Shown piece by piece: positions 1 through 11,926 of a stretch of 64,000 nt of DNA (positions within the stretch are counted from its first letter, which is position 1; every line of letters begins with the position of its first letter). Source of the DNA: Mobula hypostoma (lineage: Eukaryota); contig NC_086101.1 in assembly GCF_963921235.1 (NCBI RefSeq), positions 7,504,001-7,568,000 of the forward strand. The letters run 5' to 3'. The position numbers were made by a program, and so were the translations under genes. The notes beneath the pieces are model-generated. The model did not search any database. It saw only the letters and a list, made by a program, of their open reading frames with translations, and was not told the DNA's origin.

Positions 1-193
1 GCCTGTGGCCATCAAACTTTACAACTCCTCCCTTGGAGGGTCAGACACCCTGAGCCAATAGGCTGGTCCTGGAATAATTTACATATTACTATTTAATTAT
101 TTATGCTTTTATTACTATTTAATTATTTATGGTGCAACTGTAACGAAAACCAATTTCCCCCGGGATCAATAAAGTATGACTATGACTATGACT
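1..193 (+). mobile_element. 3' end of a Rex1/L2-type LINE
   Basis: Ends aataaag followed by a (TATGAC)n tail. Confidence 0.55.
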
Positions 194-194
194 A

Positions 195-1250
195 ATCTCA
201 GATGGAGACAAGAGGGCACAGGAGTGAGATATGCCAACTAGTGGAGTGGTGTTGCAGCAACAACCTGGCACTCAATATCAGTAAGGTGAAAGGCCAGGCA
301 GCATCTCTAGGAAGAGGTACAGTCGACGTTTCAGGCCAAGACCCTTCGAAGGGTCTCAGCCTGAAACGTCGACTGTACCTCTTCCTAGAGATGCTGCCTG
401 GCCTGCTGCGTTCACCAGCAACTTTGATGTGTGATACTTGAATTTCCAGCATTTGCAGAATTCCTGTTGTTCAGTAAGATGAAAGTGCTGATTGTGGACT
501 TCAGGAAAGGGCAGATGAGGGAACACGAACCAGTCCTCATAGAGGGATCAGAAGTGGAGAGAGTGAGCAGTTTCGTGTTCCTGGGTGTCAAGATCTGTGA
601 GGGCCTAAACTGGTCCCAACACATCGATGCAGTTATAAAGAAGGCAAGACAGTGACTATACTTCATTAGGAGTTTGAAGAGATTTGGCATGTCAACAAAT
701 ACACTCAAAAACTTCTGTAGCTGTACCATGGAGAGCATTCAGGCAGGCTGCATGTCTGGAATGGGGTGGGGCTACTGTACAGGACCAAAAGAAGCTGCAG
801 AAAGTCGTAAATTTAATCGGCTCCATCTTGGGTACTGGCCTACAAAGTACCCAGGACACCTTCAAGGAGAGGTGTCTCACAAAGGCAGCGTCCATTATTA
901 AGGACCTCCAGCACCCAGGGCATGCCCTTTTCTCACTGTTACCATCAGGTAGGAGGTACAGAAGCCTGAAAGCACACACTCAGTGATTCAGGATCAGCTT
1001 CTTCCCCTCTGCCGTCCGATTCCTAAATGGACATTGAACCTGTGAACACTACCTCACCTTTTTAACATATATTATTTCTGTTTTTGCACTGTTTTTAATC
1101 TATTCAATATACATATACTGTAATTGATTTACTTATTTTTTTATTATTATTATTTTTTCTTCTTCTATATTAAGTGTTGCATTGAACTGCTGCTGCAAAG
1201 TTAACAAATTTCACAACACATGCCAGTGATTATCAACCTGATTCTGATTT
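195..1250 (+). mobile_element. 5'-truncated Rex1/Babar-like LINE, degenerate
   Basis: RT C-terminal peptides WC..NNLALN, FLGVKI..LNWSQHI, HPGHALFSLLPSGRRYRS; (CTGATT)n tail; same family as 35645-37552. Confidence 0.8.
291..470. mobile_element. Penelope-derived fold-back insertion with 15-bp TSD
   Basis: Palindrome 291-404 centred at 347/348; TSD tcagtaagRtgaaag at 278-292 and 471-485. Confidence 0.75.
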
Positions 1251-1429
1251 TGAGGACCCAAAACATCAACTGCTTACTCCTTTCTATAGTTGCTGCTTGG
1301 CCTACTGAGTTCCTCCAGCATTTTGTGTGTGTTACTTTGGATTTCCAGCATGTGCAGGTATTCTTGTGTTTCAATCTCCTTCCTAAATGCCAAATCGTCC
1401 CCACCTTTGATTCAGCCAACAACAGTCAG

Positions 1430-1800
1430 CAAGCTTAAGTATGCCATTTGAGGTGTGCTTAGCCACACAGTCAAGTATAAAGTGAGAAGAGCAGGGGGCT
1501 AAGCATAAAGCCTTGTGGTGCACCCGCGCTGATGATGATTGTGGAGGCGATGCTATTGCCAATCCAAACTACCTGAGGTCTGCAAGTGAGGAAATCAACG
1601 ATCCAGTTGCACGTGGAATCCTAGGTCAATGAAGAACATTCTGATGTACGCACTTTCATTGCCCAGATGTTCCAATTGAGTGAAGAGCCAATGAAACGTT
1701 GACCTGCTATGTCAACAGGCAAATTGGAGCAGATCCAAGTCACTCCTCAGGCAAGAGTCACTATGGTTCATGTCAAAGCACTGATGGCAATTTCCCCAGA
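1430..1800 (-). mobile_element. Old Rex1/L2-type RT fragment
   Basis: Reverse strand encodes [17 protein letters not shown]. Confidence 0.6.
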
Positions 1801-1806
1801 TCAGAT

Positions 1807-2110
1807 GGCATGGTAGTGTGGTGGTTAGTTCAATCACTTTACAGTGGTAACGATTACCGATCAGGGTTAGGTTCCCGCCGTTATCCGTAAGGAGTGTGTA
1901 CATTTCTTACATGTGCTCCCGTTTCCTCCCACATTGCAAAGACATACAGGTTAGGGTTAGTGAACTGTGGGCATGCTATATTGTCACCGGAAGCGTGGTC
2001 ACACCAGCACATTGTCACCGACTTGATTTGACGCATTTCACAAACAAAGCATTTCCCTGCATGTTTCGATGCAGAAGTGACATGCTGCATAAAGCTAATC
2101 TTTAATCACT
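1807..2110 (+). mobile_element. tRNA-derived V-SINE/HE1-like SINE (related copies near 11095, 11610, 18870, 25655, 28375, 30250, 52050, 56090)
   Basis: Pol III-like head and recurring core ggtttcctcccaca..ccaaagac.tacaggtta. Confidence 0.6.
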
Positions 2111-2115
2111 TTAAA

Positions 2116-2293
2116 GGAACTCATCAGGTCAGGCAGCATCTACGGAAAGCAGTAAATAGTCAATGCTTGGGTCTCGGCCTGAAACATCGACTGTTTATTC
2201 CTCTCCGTAGATGTTGCCTGACCTGCTGAGTTCCTCCTGCATTTTGTGTACGTTGCTCTGAATCTCCAGCATCAGCAGAATCACTTGTGTGTT
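2116..2293. mobile_element. Penelope-derived fold-back repeat about 10 nt from the exon 8 donor
   Basis: Inverted arms ggaactca.caggtcaggcagcatcta / tagatgttgcctgacctgctgagttcc. Confidence 0.65.
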
Positions 2294-2303
2294 AATCAGT
2301 TAC

Positions 2304-2445
2304 CTGTAGAGAATGGAATGAAGGCGTCTCTCTTCATAAACTTGCCGGATGCATCCAGGAAGTGACCTGGGTTGAACACTTCAGGCTTTTCCCACTGCGT
2401 TTCATCATAGAGTACTGAGGCTAGTAAAGGAATGATGTAGGTTCC
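2304..2445 (-). CDS. CYP2: CYP2 exon 8 (142 nt); exon 9 presumed outside the window
   Basis: ctgcag|[31 protein letters not shown]...AFIPFST G|gtaact; start of FxxGxxxC heme motif. Confidence 0.95.
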
Positions 2446-2747
2446 CTGCAGGAGAAGAGAAGGAAGTCGTACCCTCTTCTCATTACTAAAATTGGGGAGG
2501 AGATACAGGAGCCTGAAGACGCACACAATGTTCCCATTCTTCCCCTCTGCCATCAGATTTCCGATCAGCCCATGAACCCATGAACGTTACCTCATTATTT
2601 TGATCCCTTTTTGCATTATAATTATTTCTATACCATTATTAAGGACCCTCAATGTCCAGGACATGCCCTCTTCTCATTACTACCATCAGGGAGGAGGTGT
2701 ACAGGAGCCAGAAGTCAGACACTCGAATTCAGGAACAGGTTCTTGTT

Positions 2748-3053
2748 CGTGCCACCAGGTTACCTGGAGGCTACCTGGATGTTGTATGAGGTGTTGCTTC
2801 CCCAGCCTGAGTGTGGCCTCATTGTGGCAGTAGAGGAGGCCGTGGACCGACATGTTGCAATGGGAATGGAAAGTCAAATTGAAATATGTGACCTACTGGA
2901 TATCCTGCCTTTTGTGGTAGATGGAGAAAGATGCTCGACAACTTCTCCTCCCACCACCATCTTATTCTGGCTTCTGGCTCCTTCCTCTCCAGTTCATGAT
3001 GAAAGGTTTCAGCCTGAAACATCGACTGCTGAGTTCCTCCAGCACTTTGTGTT
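2748..3053. mobile_element. Penelope-like fragment with inversion (ORF C-terminus on minus, hammerhead-like tail on plus)
   Basis: Minus peptide HSHCNMSVHGLLYCHNEATLRLGKQHLI..GSLQ; plus strand atgatga.aaggtttcagcct.gaaac.atc.gactg. Confidence 0.65.
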
Positions 3054-3166
3054 GATAGATTATGTTAGGTTGATTCCGTCAGTGTCAGAAGGGTGATACT
3101 AATGGAATCACTCTGCTCGCTGGAGAGATACTTGTCACGGCAATTGGTTTGTGCGTTGAAGCCCAC

Positions 3167-3354
3167 CTTGGGGATGAAGTAGCCCTGAAAGTTGATGTCA
3201 ACGGTCGTGGTCCTCGGGATGCCCAGTGGCGCAATGTTGGCGAACCGCTGCACCTCATGAATGACGGCGTCTGTGTACGGCATGTGGCGGCGGTCCTCCA
3301 TCCTGACCGACCGCTCCGATCCGATCACCCTGTCGATCTCCTCCTGAACTCTCT
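3167..3354 (-). CDS. CYP2: CYP2 exon 7 (188 nt)
   Basis: KRVQEEIDRVIG...MPYTDAVIHEVQRFANIAP...GYFIPK|gtgggc; ExxR motif. Confidence 0.95.
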
Positions 3355-4219
3355 CTGCCGGAGGGAAAGGTGAACTTTATCCCAGTAGGGTGAAATCTCA
3401 GTGGTGAGCGAACGTTAACCATTACTGAACCGTGCCGCGTCGGACAGCCCAGACTGTTGTGGCGATTGTGATGCCAATATATACCAAATGCCCACTTCCT
3501 GTGTGTTATGCATATCCCTCCATTCCATTCATATTCCTGGGTCTGTCTAAAACCCTCTTCAACTCCACTAGACTACCTGTTTCCACTGGTACCCCGGTAA
3601 CCATTCGAGGCACCTACGACTCTCTGTGTAAACAACTTGTCCCTCTCTTTGCCTTTAAGCTTCTTATCTCTAACCCTGAAAGCACGTAGTCCAGTGTTTC
3701 ATGTTTCTACTGTGGAGGACCGTGTGGCAACAGACATGATATCATATGTTTTATGGAACTACTTAAGATAAGTACTGTAAGAACCAAGGCTCTGCAAGGC
3801 AACAGGCCTGCAGCTGAGAATGAGGGAGACCTGAGGTCCATTAATTTAATCACCGTGCCAAATCAGAAAGGTCGGATACAGGCTGAATCGAGGCAGTGGG
3901 GTCCAGGCCCAGGAGTCACTGAAACCAATGTTTGGATGACCAATAGGTGCTGGGCCAGATTGGAAAGGTCAGGACATTGAGCTGAGGGTTCAGCTCACTG
4001 TTCTGTGACTTTTACTCGGTTCCGTGCTGAGCTATGGGTCTTGGACTCTCTCTATGGACCAGTTCAGATCGATGTTTGCTTGCATGATTTGATTTGGTTT
4101 TCTTTTCCTCTTTCTCCGTACACTGGGGTGTTTGATGATCTTTTTTTAACGGATTCTTTTGCGTTTCTTTGTTTCATGGCTGCCTGTCAGGAGTTGAATC
4201 TCAAGGTTGTGACATATAT

Positions 4220-4444
4220 ACCTAAAGAAAGAAAGAGAAGTTGCCTTTAAACTCACAGGGAGCATAGGACATCAACTGCCGTTGATGTTTCTGTAGCAGG
4301 CAAATTCTTTTTTACGAGGTCGAGTTGCTAGCTCGACGCTCAACCCAGCACGGATGGAAAGCGTGCAAGGGAGCTAGCTGGATTCGAACTCGGGAGGCTT
4401 CGCTCCGAAGTCCAGCACTGATGCCACTACACCACCAGCCGGCT
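4220..4444 (-). mobile_element. tRNA-derived SINE
   Basis: A box TGGTGTAGTGG, B box GAGTTCGAATCC; possible TSD catatat. Confidence 0.65.
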
Positions 4445-6015
4445 CATATATGCATAGTTTGGTAATAATTGTACTTTGACTTTGAACTTTGATATACAAC
4501 AGAAATTTTCACATGTCGCGAGAAACCCGTGTGTCTAAAGAAATTCAGCACGTACCTGTTGGCCCTCATCAATAGTTTATTAATACACCACAGAAAGCAT
4601 CCAATCTGGATGCATCTTGGTTTGATATGGGAACTACTCTGTTCAAGGCCATACAAAACTGCAGAGAGGTGAGGAAGCAGCTCAGCACATCACGGGAACC
4701 AGCCTCCCGTCCATGGACTCTGTCTACACCTCACTGCCTCTGTAAAGCAGCCAACACCATCAAAGATCCCACCCACACCAGACATTCTCTCTTCTCCCTT
4801 CTCTGATCGGGCAGAATTCACCAAAGCCTAAAAGCACGTACCTCTGGGCTCAAAGACATCTTCCACCCCACTGTTATCAGACCCTTGAACGGTCCCCTAG
4901 TACAATACGATGGATCTTGACACTTTGATATGGCCTTGCACTTTATTGTCTACCTGCACTGCACTCTCTCTGTAACTGTAATTCTTTATTCTGCATTCTG
5001 TAATTGTTTTTCCCTTGAACTAACTGTTGTGATGAAATTATCTCTATGGATGGTATGCAAAGCAGAGTTATTACTGCATCCTGGCAAATGTGGAAAATGT
5101 AAGCTAATTTACATCAGTGGCAGATAAGTGTGCTTTGAAGAGATGGAATTTCTTGTTCCTTTTCTCCTAATGAACGTTTGCCTGAAACTTAATCCAGAGA
5201 AGAATGAGGCATCACATTGGCAGAGGTGCAACAAGGCGAGGGAGCTGACAGGAATGGCAGGGAGGTCAGTATCAGAGTGTCGTGAGAAAGTGTGTCTTCA
5301 GATCCTTAAAGGAGGAGGTCAAAGCCAATCAGCTGGCTAAGAAGCCAAATGGCCTGCATGAGCTTTGGACTCTTTTGATGCGTGATTGTGATATCATTTG
5401 TGCTTGCTATCTTGCGTTGTGTGTGACTGTTGGTACCGTGTTTTGCACTTTGACCCCAGAGTAACACTCTTTAGTTTGGCTGTATTCACGAGTATTCATG
5501 AATGGTTGAATGACAGGGAGGTTCTCTTCTGGCTCTGGGTCTGCACTCATTGGAGTTTCTCTCTGAAACCAATCAAATATTGATAGGGGTGGATATGGAG
5601 AGGATGTTTCCAATGGTGGGAGAGTCGAGGAGCAGAGGGCACAGACTCGGAAGAGAAGGACGTCATTTTAGAACAGAGATTGGCTATAGTTAAGGTGGAG
5701 GCTGATAGGTTCTAGGTTAGTAAGGATGTTAAAGGTTACTGGGAGATGGCAGGAGAATGGGGTTGAGAAGGAAATCGATCAGCCATATTGAATGGCGGAG
5801 CAGGCTCGATGGGCCGAATGGACTAATATCATATAGTCTTATGATGGGTTCAATGTCTTCATTCTGCCCTGTAATAATCAAGGAAACAGACCCGTCTACC
5901 CACCGTGTCTGTACTGAGCTTTTGACATCCATTCTCACAATTCATATTTTCCCTCATTGACTTCTCCTCGCCCACTACCACCTGAGATAAAGGCGATGCC
6001 CGAGCTTCTCCTCAC

Positions 6016-6157
6016 TTTGGATGTCGGGGTATTTTATCATGATGTACATGGCCCAGCGAATTGTGGTGGCAGCCGTGCCCATCCCGGCGATGAAGAGATC
6101 GCTGGTCGTGATCAGGAGATTCTTCTCGTGGAAGTACGTGCCCGGGTTTCCCGACTC
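6016..6157 (-). CDS. CYP2: CYP2 exon 6 (142 nt, I-helix), not in the ORF track
   Basis: Hand translation: ESGNPGTYFHEKNLLITTSDLFIAGMGTAATTIRWAMYIMIKYPDIQ; ccaag acceptor, gtgagg donor. Confidence 0.95.
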
Positions 6158-6547
6158 CTTGGAGAGAGAATCACAGAGCGGTCAGTACATGATCTCCGGA
6201 GATCTAAAACCTGGAATACAGCAGGTTATGGGGTGTGTGGGAAATTAGAAGTCAGGCCAAAGCCTGGGCCTCTGTGCCACACTCGAAGGTCAGAGATGTG
6301 GACGTGAAGCGAATGATACCTGTGGATGGATATTGGGCCAGAAGAGCTGTGAGCAAACACCAGGAGAAATAAGGCTGGTGGCCACCACCCCCCCCCCCCC
6401 CGCCGTGTTGGTGGGGGTCAGGAGCAGAGGTTCGTGTGGACAGGAATCACGAAGGCTGCTGACATTCCAGTCCAGCGAGCCAGCGAGTCTGGAGTTCACG
6501 GCTAGCAGTTGGGGTCCTGTCATCGGGAGGCCTGTTGGAATTCTCTG

Positions 6548-7792
6548 AGGAGATTACAAGTAGGATAGATAAAGGGGACGCAGAGGATATTGTATATTTG
6601 GACTTTCAGAAGGCATTTGACAAGGTGCCACACACGAGGCTGCTAACCAAGTTAAGAGCCCATGGTATTACAGAAAATTTACTAACATAGTTAGAGCATT
6701 AACTTATTGGTAGGAGGCAGCGACTGGGAATAAAAGGATCTTTGCCTGGTTGGCCGCCAGTGACTAGTGGTATTCCGCAGGGGTCAGTGTTGGGACCACT
6801 TCTTTTTATGCTGAATATAAGTGGTTTAGATGATGAAATAGATGGATTTCTTACCAAGTTTGCAGATGATACGAAGATTAGTGGAGGGGCAGGTAGTGTT
6901 GAGGAAACAAATAGGCTACAGAAGGACTTAGACAAAATAGGAGAATGGACAAGAAAGTGGCAAATGATATACAATGTTGGAAAATGCATGTTCATGCACT
7001 TTGGTCGTAGAAATAAGTGTGTAGGCTATTTTCTAAATGGGGAGAAAATCCTAAAATCTGAGACGCAAACAAACTTGGGAGTCTTTATGCAGAACACCCT
7101 AAAGATTAGCTTGCAGGTTGAGTCGGTGGTGAGGAAGGCAAATGCCATGCTAGCATTCATTTCAAGAGGTCTAGAATACAAGAGCAGGGATGTGATGCTG
7201 AGGCTTTATAAGGTACTGGTGAGGCCTCATCTTGAATATTGTGAACAGTTTTGGGCTCCTCGTCTAAGAAAAGATGTGCTGGCATTGGAGAGGGTTCAGA
7301 AGAGGTTCACAAGTATATTTCCAGGAATGAAAGTTTTATCAAACAAGAAATGTTTGATGGCTCTGGGTCTGTACTTATTGGAATTTAGAAGGATGAGGGG
7401 GGATCTCATTGAAAGCTTTCGAATGTTGAAAGGCCTAGACAGAGTAGATGTGCAAAGGATGGTGGAGGAGTCTAGGACTAGCGGGCACAACCTCAGGATA
7501 GGGGGGCATCCATTTAAAACAGAGATGTGGAGAAATTTCTTTAGCCAGTGGGTAGTGAGCTTGTGGAATTTATTACCATAGGCAGCTGTGGAGGTCAGGT
7601 TGTTGGGTGTATTTAAGGCAGAGCTTGATATGTTCTTGATTGGACACGGCATCAAAGGTTATGGGGAAAAAGCTGGGGAGTTCGAGTGAGGATGGGAAAA
7701 AAGCATTAGCCATGATTGAATGGCAGAGCAGACTCGATGGGCCAAATGGCCTAACTCTGCTCCTATGTTTCATGGTCTTATGGTGTTATGGA
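6548..7792 (+). mobile_element. CR1 LINE 3' part (RT)
   Basis: ORF 6742-7581 with SGIPQGSVLGP, KFADDTK, VRPHLEYC; CR1 3' UTR and short-repeat tail. Confidence 0.9.
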
Positions 7793-8180
7793 GTCCAGAA
7801 TTCAAGGCGTGTGGTTCTGGGCCTCTTCATCAGCGAGTTCTGGGGTCGATTCTGAAGAGCGAAGTCTGAAGGTCAATTGGAATTGTGCAACTTGAGCCTC
7901 TTGGCCGAAGACCTGGGCCTACAAGTCTGTAGGTCCACTGGAGAAGTCTGAAGCCTGATGTCTGTGAGTCCACGAGTATACTGGATGCCCGGAGATGGCA
8001 CGTCCTGCGTTGGAGGACTGTCTGTGTGTGTGTGGGTGGGTGGGTGCTAGGGAAGGAGGGGCGTTTTTGCTGTGGTTGCTGTTGCGGGTATGCTATGTTC
8101 TGCTTGAATGTGTGCCAATACTTGCTGAGGATGTGCTAGTCACTGGCACAAACGCACGTTTCACTGCATGTTTCAAAGTA

Positions 8181-9759
8181 CAGTGCCTGTGGAAGTTTTC
8201 ACGCTTTATTGTTTTATCAACACTGGATTTCATTTGTTTTTTTTTTGACACTGATCAATAGAAAAAGACTCTTTTGTGTCAAACTGGAATCAGGTCTCTA
8301 CAAATGATCTAAATTAATTACAAATATAAAACACAAAATAATTGATTGCATAAGTATTCACCCCCTGCCCCCTTAATGTGATACACCAAATCATCACTGG
8401 TGCAGCCAATTGGTTTTAGAAGTCACATAATTAGTTAAATGGAGATCACCTGTGTGCAGTCAAGGTGTTTCAATTGATTGTAGTAAAAATACACCTCTAT
8501 CTGGAAGGTCCAACTGCTGGTGAGTCAGTATCCTGGCAGAAACTATATGAAGGCAAAAGAACACTCCAAGCAACTCCGTGAAAAGTTTATTGAAAATCAC
8601 ACGTCAGGAGATGGATACAAGAAAATTTCCAAGTTGCTGAATATCCCTTGGGGTACAGTTAAGTCAATCATCAAAAAATGGAAAGAATATGGAACAGCTG
8701 TAAAATCTACCTAGAGCAGGCTATCCTCAAAAACTGAGTGACTATGCAAGAAGGGGACTAGTGAGGGAGGACACCAAGAGACCTATGACAACTTTGCAGG
8801 AGTTACAAGCTTCAGTGGTGGAGGTGGGAGTGACTGCGCATACAACAACTGCTGCCCGGGTGCTTGCCCTGGGACAGCAGCAAAGACAAAGCCACTGTGG
8901 AAAAAGTCTTACATGAAATCTCAGCTAGAATTTGCCAGAAGGCATGCGGGAAGCTCTGAAGTCAGCTGGAAGAAGGTTCTCTGGGTCTGATGAAACCAGA
9001 ATTGAGCTTTCTGGCCATTGGAATAAACATTATATTTGGCAGAAGCCAAACACAGCACTTCATCAGAAACACACCATCCCTATAGTGAAGCACAATGGTG
9101 GCTGTATCACGTTGTGGGGTGCTTCACTGCAGCGGGCCCTGGAAGGCTTGTAGAGGGTAAAATGAATGCAGCAAAACGCAGGGAAATCTTGGAGGAAAAC
9201 CTGTTGCAGTCTGCAAGTGAACTGCAAATTGGGAGTAGATTTATTTTTCAGGAAAATTATGACCCCAAGCATAAAACCAAATCTCCACAGGAATGGCTTA
9301 AAAACAACAAAGATAATGTCCTGGAGTGGCCAAGTCAAAGTCCAGACCTCAATCCTATTGTGAATTTGTGGCTGGACTTGAAAAGGGCTGTTCACTCACA
9401 AACCCCATTGAAATCTGACAGAGCTTGAATAGTTTTGTAAAGAAGATTAAGGAAAAATTGCAGTGTCCAGTTGTGCAAAGCTGTTAGTCTTATTCACACA
9501 GACTCCAGGCTGCAATTGCTGCCAAAGATGTATTGATTAAATACTGACTTGAAGGGGATGAATACTTATGCAATCAGTTGTTTTGTTTTATATTTGTATT
9601 TAATTTAGATCATTTTGTAGAGATCTGCTTTCACTTTGACACAGAAGAGTCTTTCTGTTGATTAGTGTCAAAAAAAGTCAAATTAAATCCACTGTGATTC
9701 AATGTTGTAAAACATGAAAACTTCTAAGGGGGGGGGGTAAATACTTTTTATAGGCACTG
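8181..9759 (+). mobile_element. Full-length defective Tc1-like DNA transposon
   Basis: TA|cagtgcct ... aggcactg|TA ends, about 200-bp imperfect TIRs; transposase remnants MKAKEHSK.., SDETRIE, QENYDPKH, WPSQSPDLNPIVNLW (catalytic E lost, frameshifts). Confidence 0.92.
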
Positions 9760-9794
9760 TACATGTGATAAATAAATCTGAACCTGAATCTCAC

Positions 9795-9968
9795 CTCTTT
9801 CTGCTTCTTGATGTAGGTATCAATGAAGCTCCTGATGTCATTTTCGTTCATCTCCTGGTGTTTGGCTTCAATGATGTCCTTCAGGCACATCTTCAATTTG
9901 GTGAAATGTGTGCAAATCTCTTTGTGGCTCCCGGGCAGAAACCTCAGAAAAGGATAAGCATTATACAC
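9795..9968 (-). CDS. CYP2: CYP2 exon 5 (174 nt)
   Basis: ggcag|VYNAYPFLRFLPGSHKEI...RSFIDTYIKKQKE|gtgaga; phase 0 at both ends. Confidence 0.93.
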
Positions 9969-9991
9969 CTGCCAAATAATAAATTAAATCA

Positions 9992-10641
9992 TTGACTCTG
10001 TGGTTAAGAAGGCATACGGTGTATTGGCCTTCATTAATCGTGGAATTGAATTTAGGAGCCGAGAGGTAATGTTGCAGCTATATAGGACCCTGGTCAGACC
10101 CCACTTGGAGTACTGTGCTCAGTTCTGGTCACCTCACTACAGGAAGGATGTGGAAACCATAGAAAGGATGCAGAGGAGAATTACAAGGATGTTGCCTGGA
10201 TTGGGGAGCATGCCTTATGAGAACAGGTTGAGTGAACTCGGCCTTTTCTCCTCGGAGCGACGGAGGATGAGAGGTGACCTGACAGAGGTGTATAAGATGA
10301 TGAGAGGCATTGATCGTGTGGATAGTCAGAGGCTTTTTCCCAGGGCTGAAATGGTTGCCACAAGAGGACACAAGTTTAAGGTGCTGGGGAGTAGGAACAG
10401 AGGAGATGTCAGGGGTAAGTTTTTTTTACGCAGAGAGTGGTGAGTGCGTGGAGTGGGCTACCGGCAACAGTGGAGGAGGCGGATATGATAGGATCTTTTA
10501 AGAGACTTTTGGATAGGTACATAAAGCTTAGAAAAATAGAGGGCTATGTGTAAGCCTCGTAATTTCTAAGGTAGGGACATGTTCGGCACAACTTTGTGGG
10601 CTGAAGGGCCTGTATTGTGCTGTAGGCTTTCTATGTTTCTA
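9992..10641 (+). mobile_element. 5'-truncated CR1 LINE
   Basis: ORF 10000-10443 VRPHLEYC..WSP; (TTTCTATG)-type tail; same subfamily as 37790-39984. Confidence 0.9.
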
Positions 10642-11378
10642 AATATCAGAAACTTATGGTTTCTAAAGTTCAAAGTAGATTTATTGTCAGAGCATGTATA
10701 CCATTATATAACCTACAGCTTCACCTTCTTGCAGGCAGCCCCAGAACAAAGAAACACCATAGAATCCATGAAATACCCTGCACTCCAAAGACCGTCAAAC
10801 ATTCAATGAGCAAGAAAAGAACAACTTGAGCAAACAATAAATAAAGTGAACAAATAAAACACTGAACATGAACTGCTGAGTCTCCAAATTGGGTCCACAG
10901 CCATGGGGCCAGTTCAGTGCTGAGGAAAAGACCGTGTGCAGGGTTCAACTCATTGTAGTTACAGATCTTGGCCATAGCTCTTCCTTAGCTTGGTGGCTGC
11001 TTTGTGCATCAAGGTCTTTAATACATTATATCTCAATAAATAATATCTCATCTGCAAATAAATTTAACCACTACTTCATACTGTTAAGGGGCAAGAAGGT
11101 TGAGTAGTGGTTAGCACAATGCTTCACAGCACTGGCGATCAGAGATGAGTTTGTACGTTCTCCCTGTTAGCTCATGTGTTTCCTTCGTGTGCTCCAATTT
11201 CCTCCCCTGTTCCAAAGACATACAGGTTAAGGTTAATAAGCTGCAGACATGATGTAGTGACCCTTGCACGTCATCCCCAGCATGAACTCAGACTGTGTTG
11301 GTCATTGACGCACACAATGTATTTCACTGTATGTTTCAATGTACGTGTGACAAACAAAGGTCATCTTTAAACCTTTAC

Positions 11379-11539
11379 CTGGACCATCGGGCTACCAAGC
11401 AGTCGAAAGCTTTCGTGAACCAAGTTTCCTATGGTAAGGAAGGACGTGTCATCGTAATCAAAGCGGTTTCCAAAAACGATGGAGCAGATGATATTGGCGA
11501 TGGCAAAGTTTGTTAAAACGTCCGTGTCGAATGGCTGAC
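11379..11539 (-). CDS. CYP2: CYP2 exon 4 (161 nt), not in the ORF track
   Basis: Hand translation: GQPFDTDVLTNFAIANIICSIVFGNRFDYDDTSFLTIGNLVHESFRLLGSPMVQ; ttgcag acceptor, gtaaag donor. Confidence 0.95.
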
Positions 11540-11926
11540 CTGCAAACAGAGACAGGGAGGGGACTGTGATGAGTCATTCTAAACATGAGCTCGTGTGATT
11601 GATCGTGTCACTGTTAGTGCAATTGCTTCACAGCACCAATGAATGCCAATTGGACTTTGATGTCCACCGTTGAGTGTAAGTCTGTACATTTTGCCCGTGA
11701 CTGCATGGGCTTTTCTCCACAGTCCAAAGGTGTACAGGTTGGGGTGTAAGTTGCGGACATGCTATGTTGGCACTGGAAGACCAGCGACACTGCACTCTTT
11801 CGGTAGCTTTTACACTGTATTCTGCATCCTACTCTAATGCACTGTGTAATGATTTGATCTGTGTGAACAGTATACAAGGCAAGCTTTTCACTGTATTTCA
11901 GTTGATCTGACAATAATAAACCAATA

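Noticed and set aside
1..2300. CYP2 exon 9 (heme Cys)
   Set aside because: No GxRxCxG-like exon found by eye; the region is LINE/SINE sequence. Its absence is best explained by the window edge, not by pseudogenisation.
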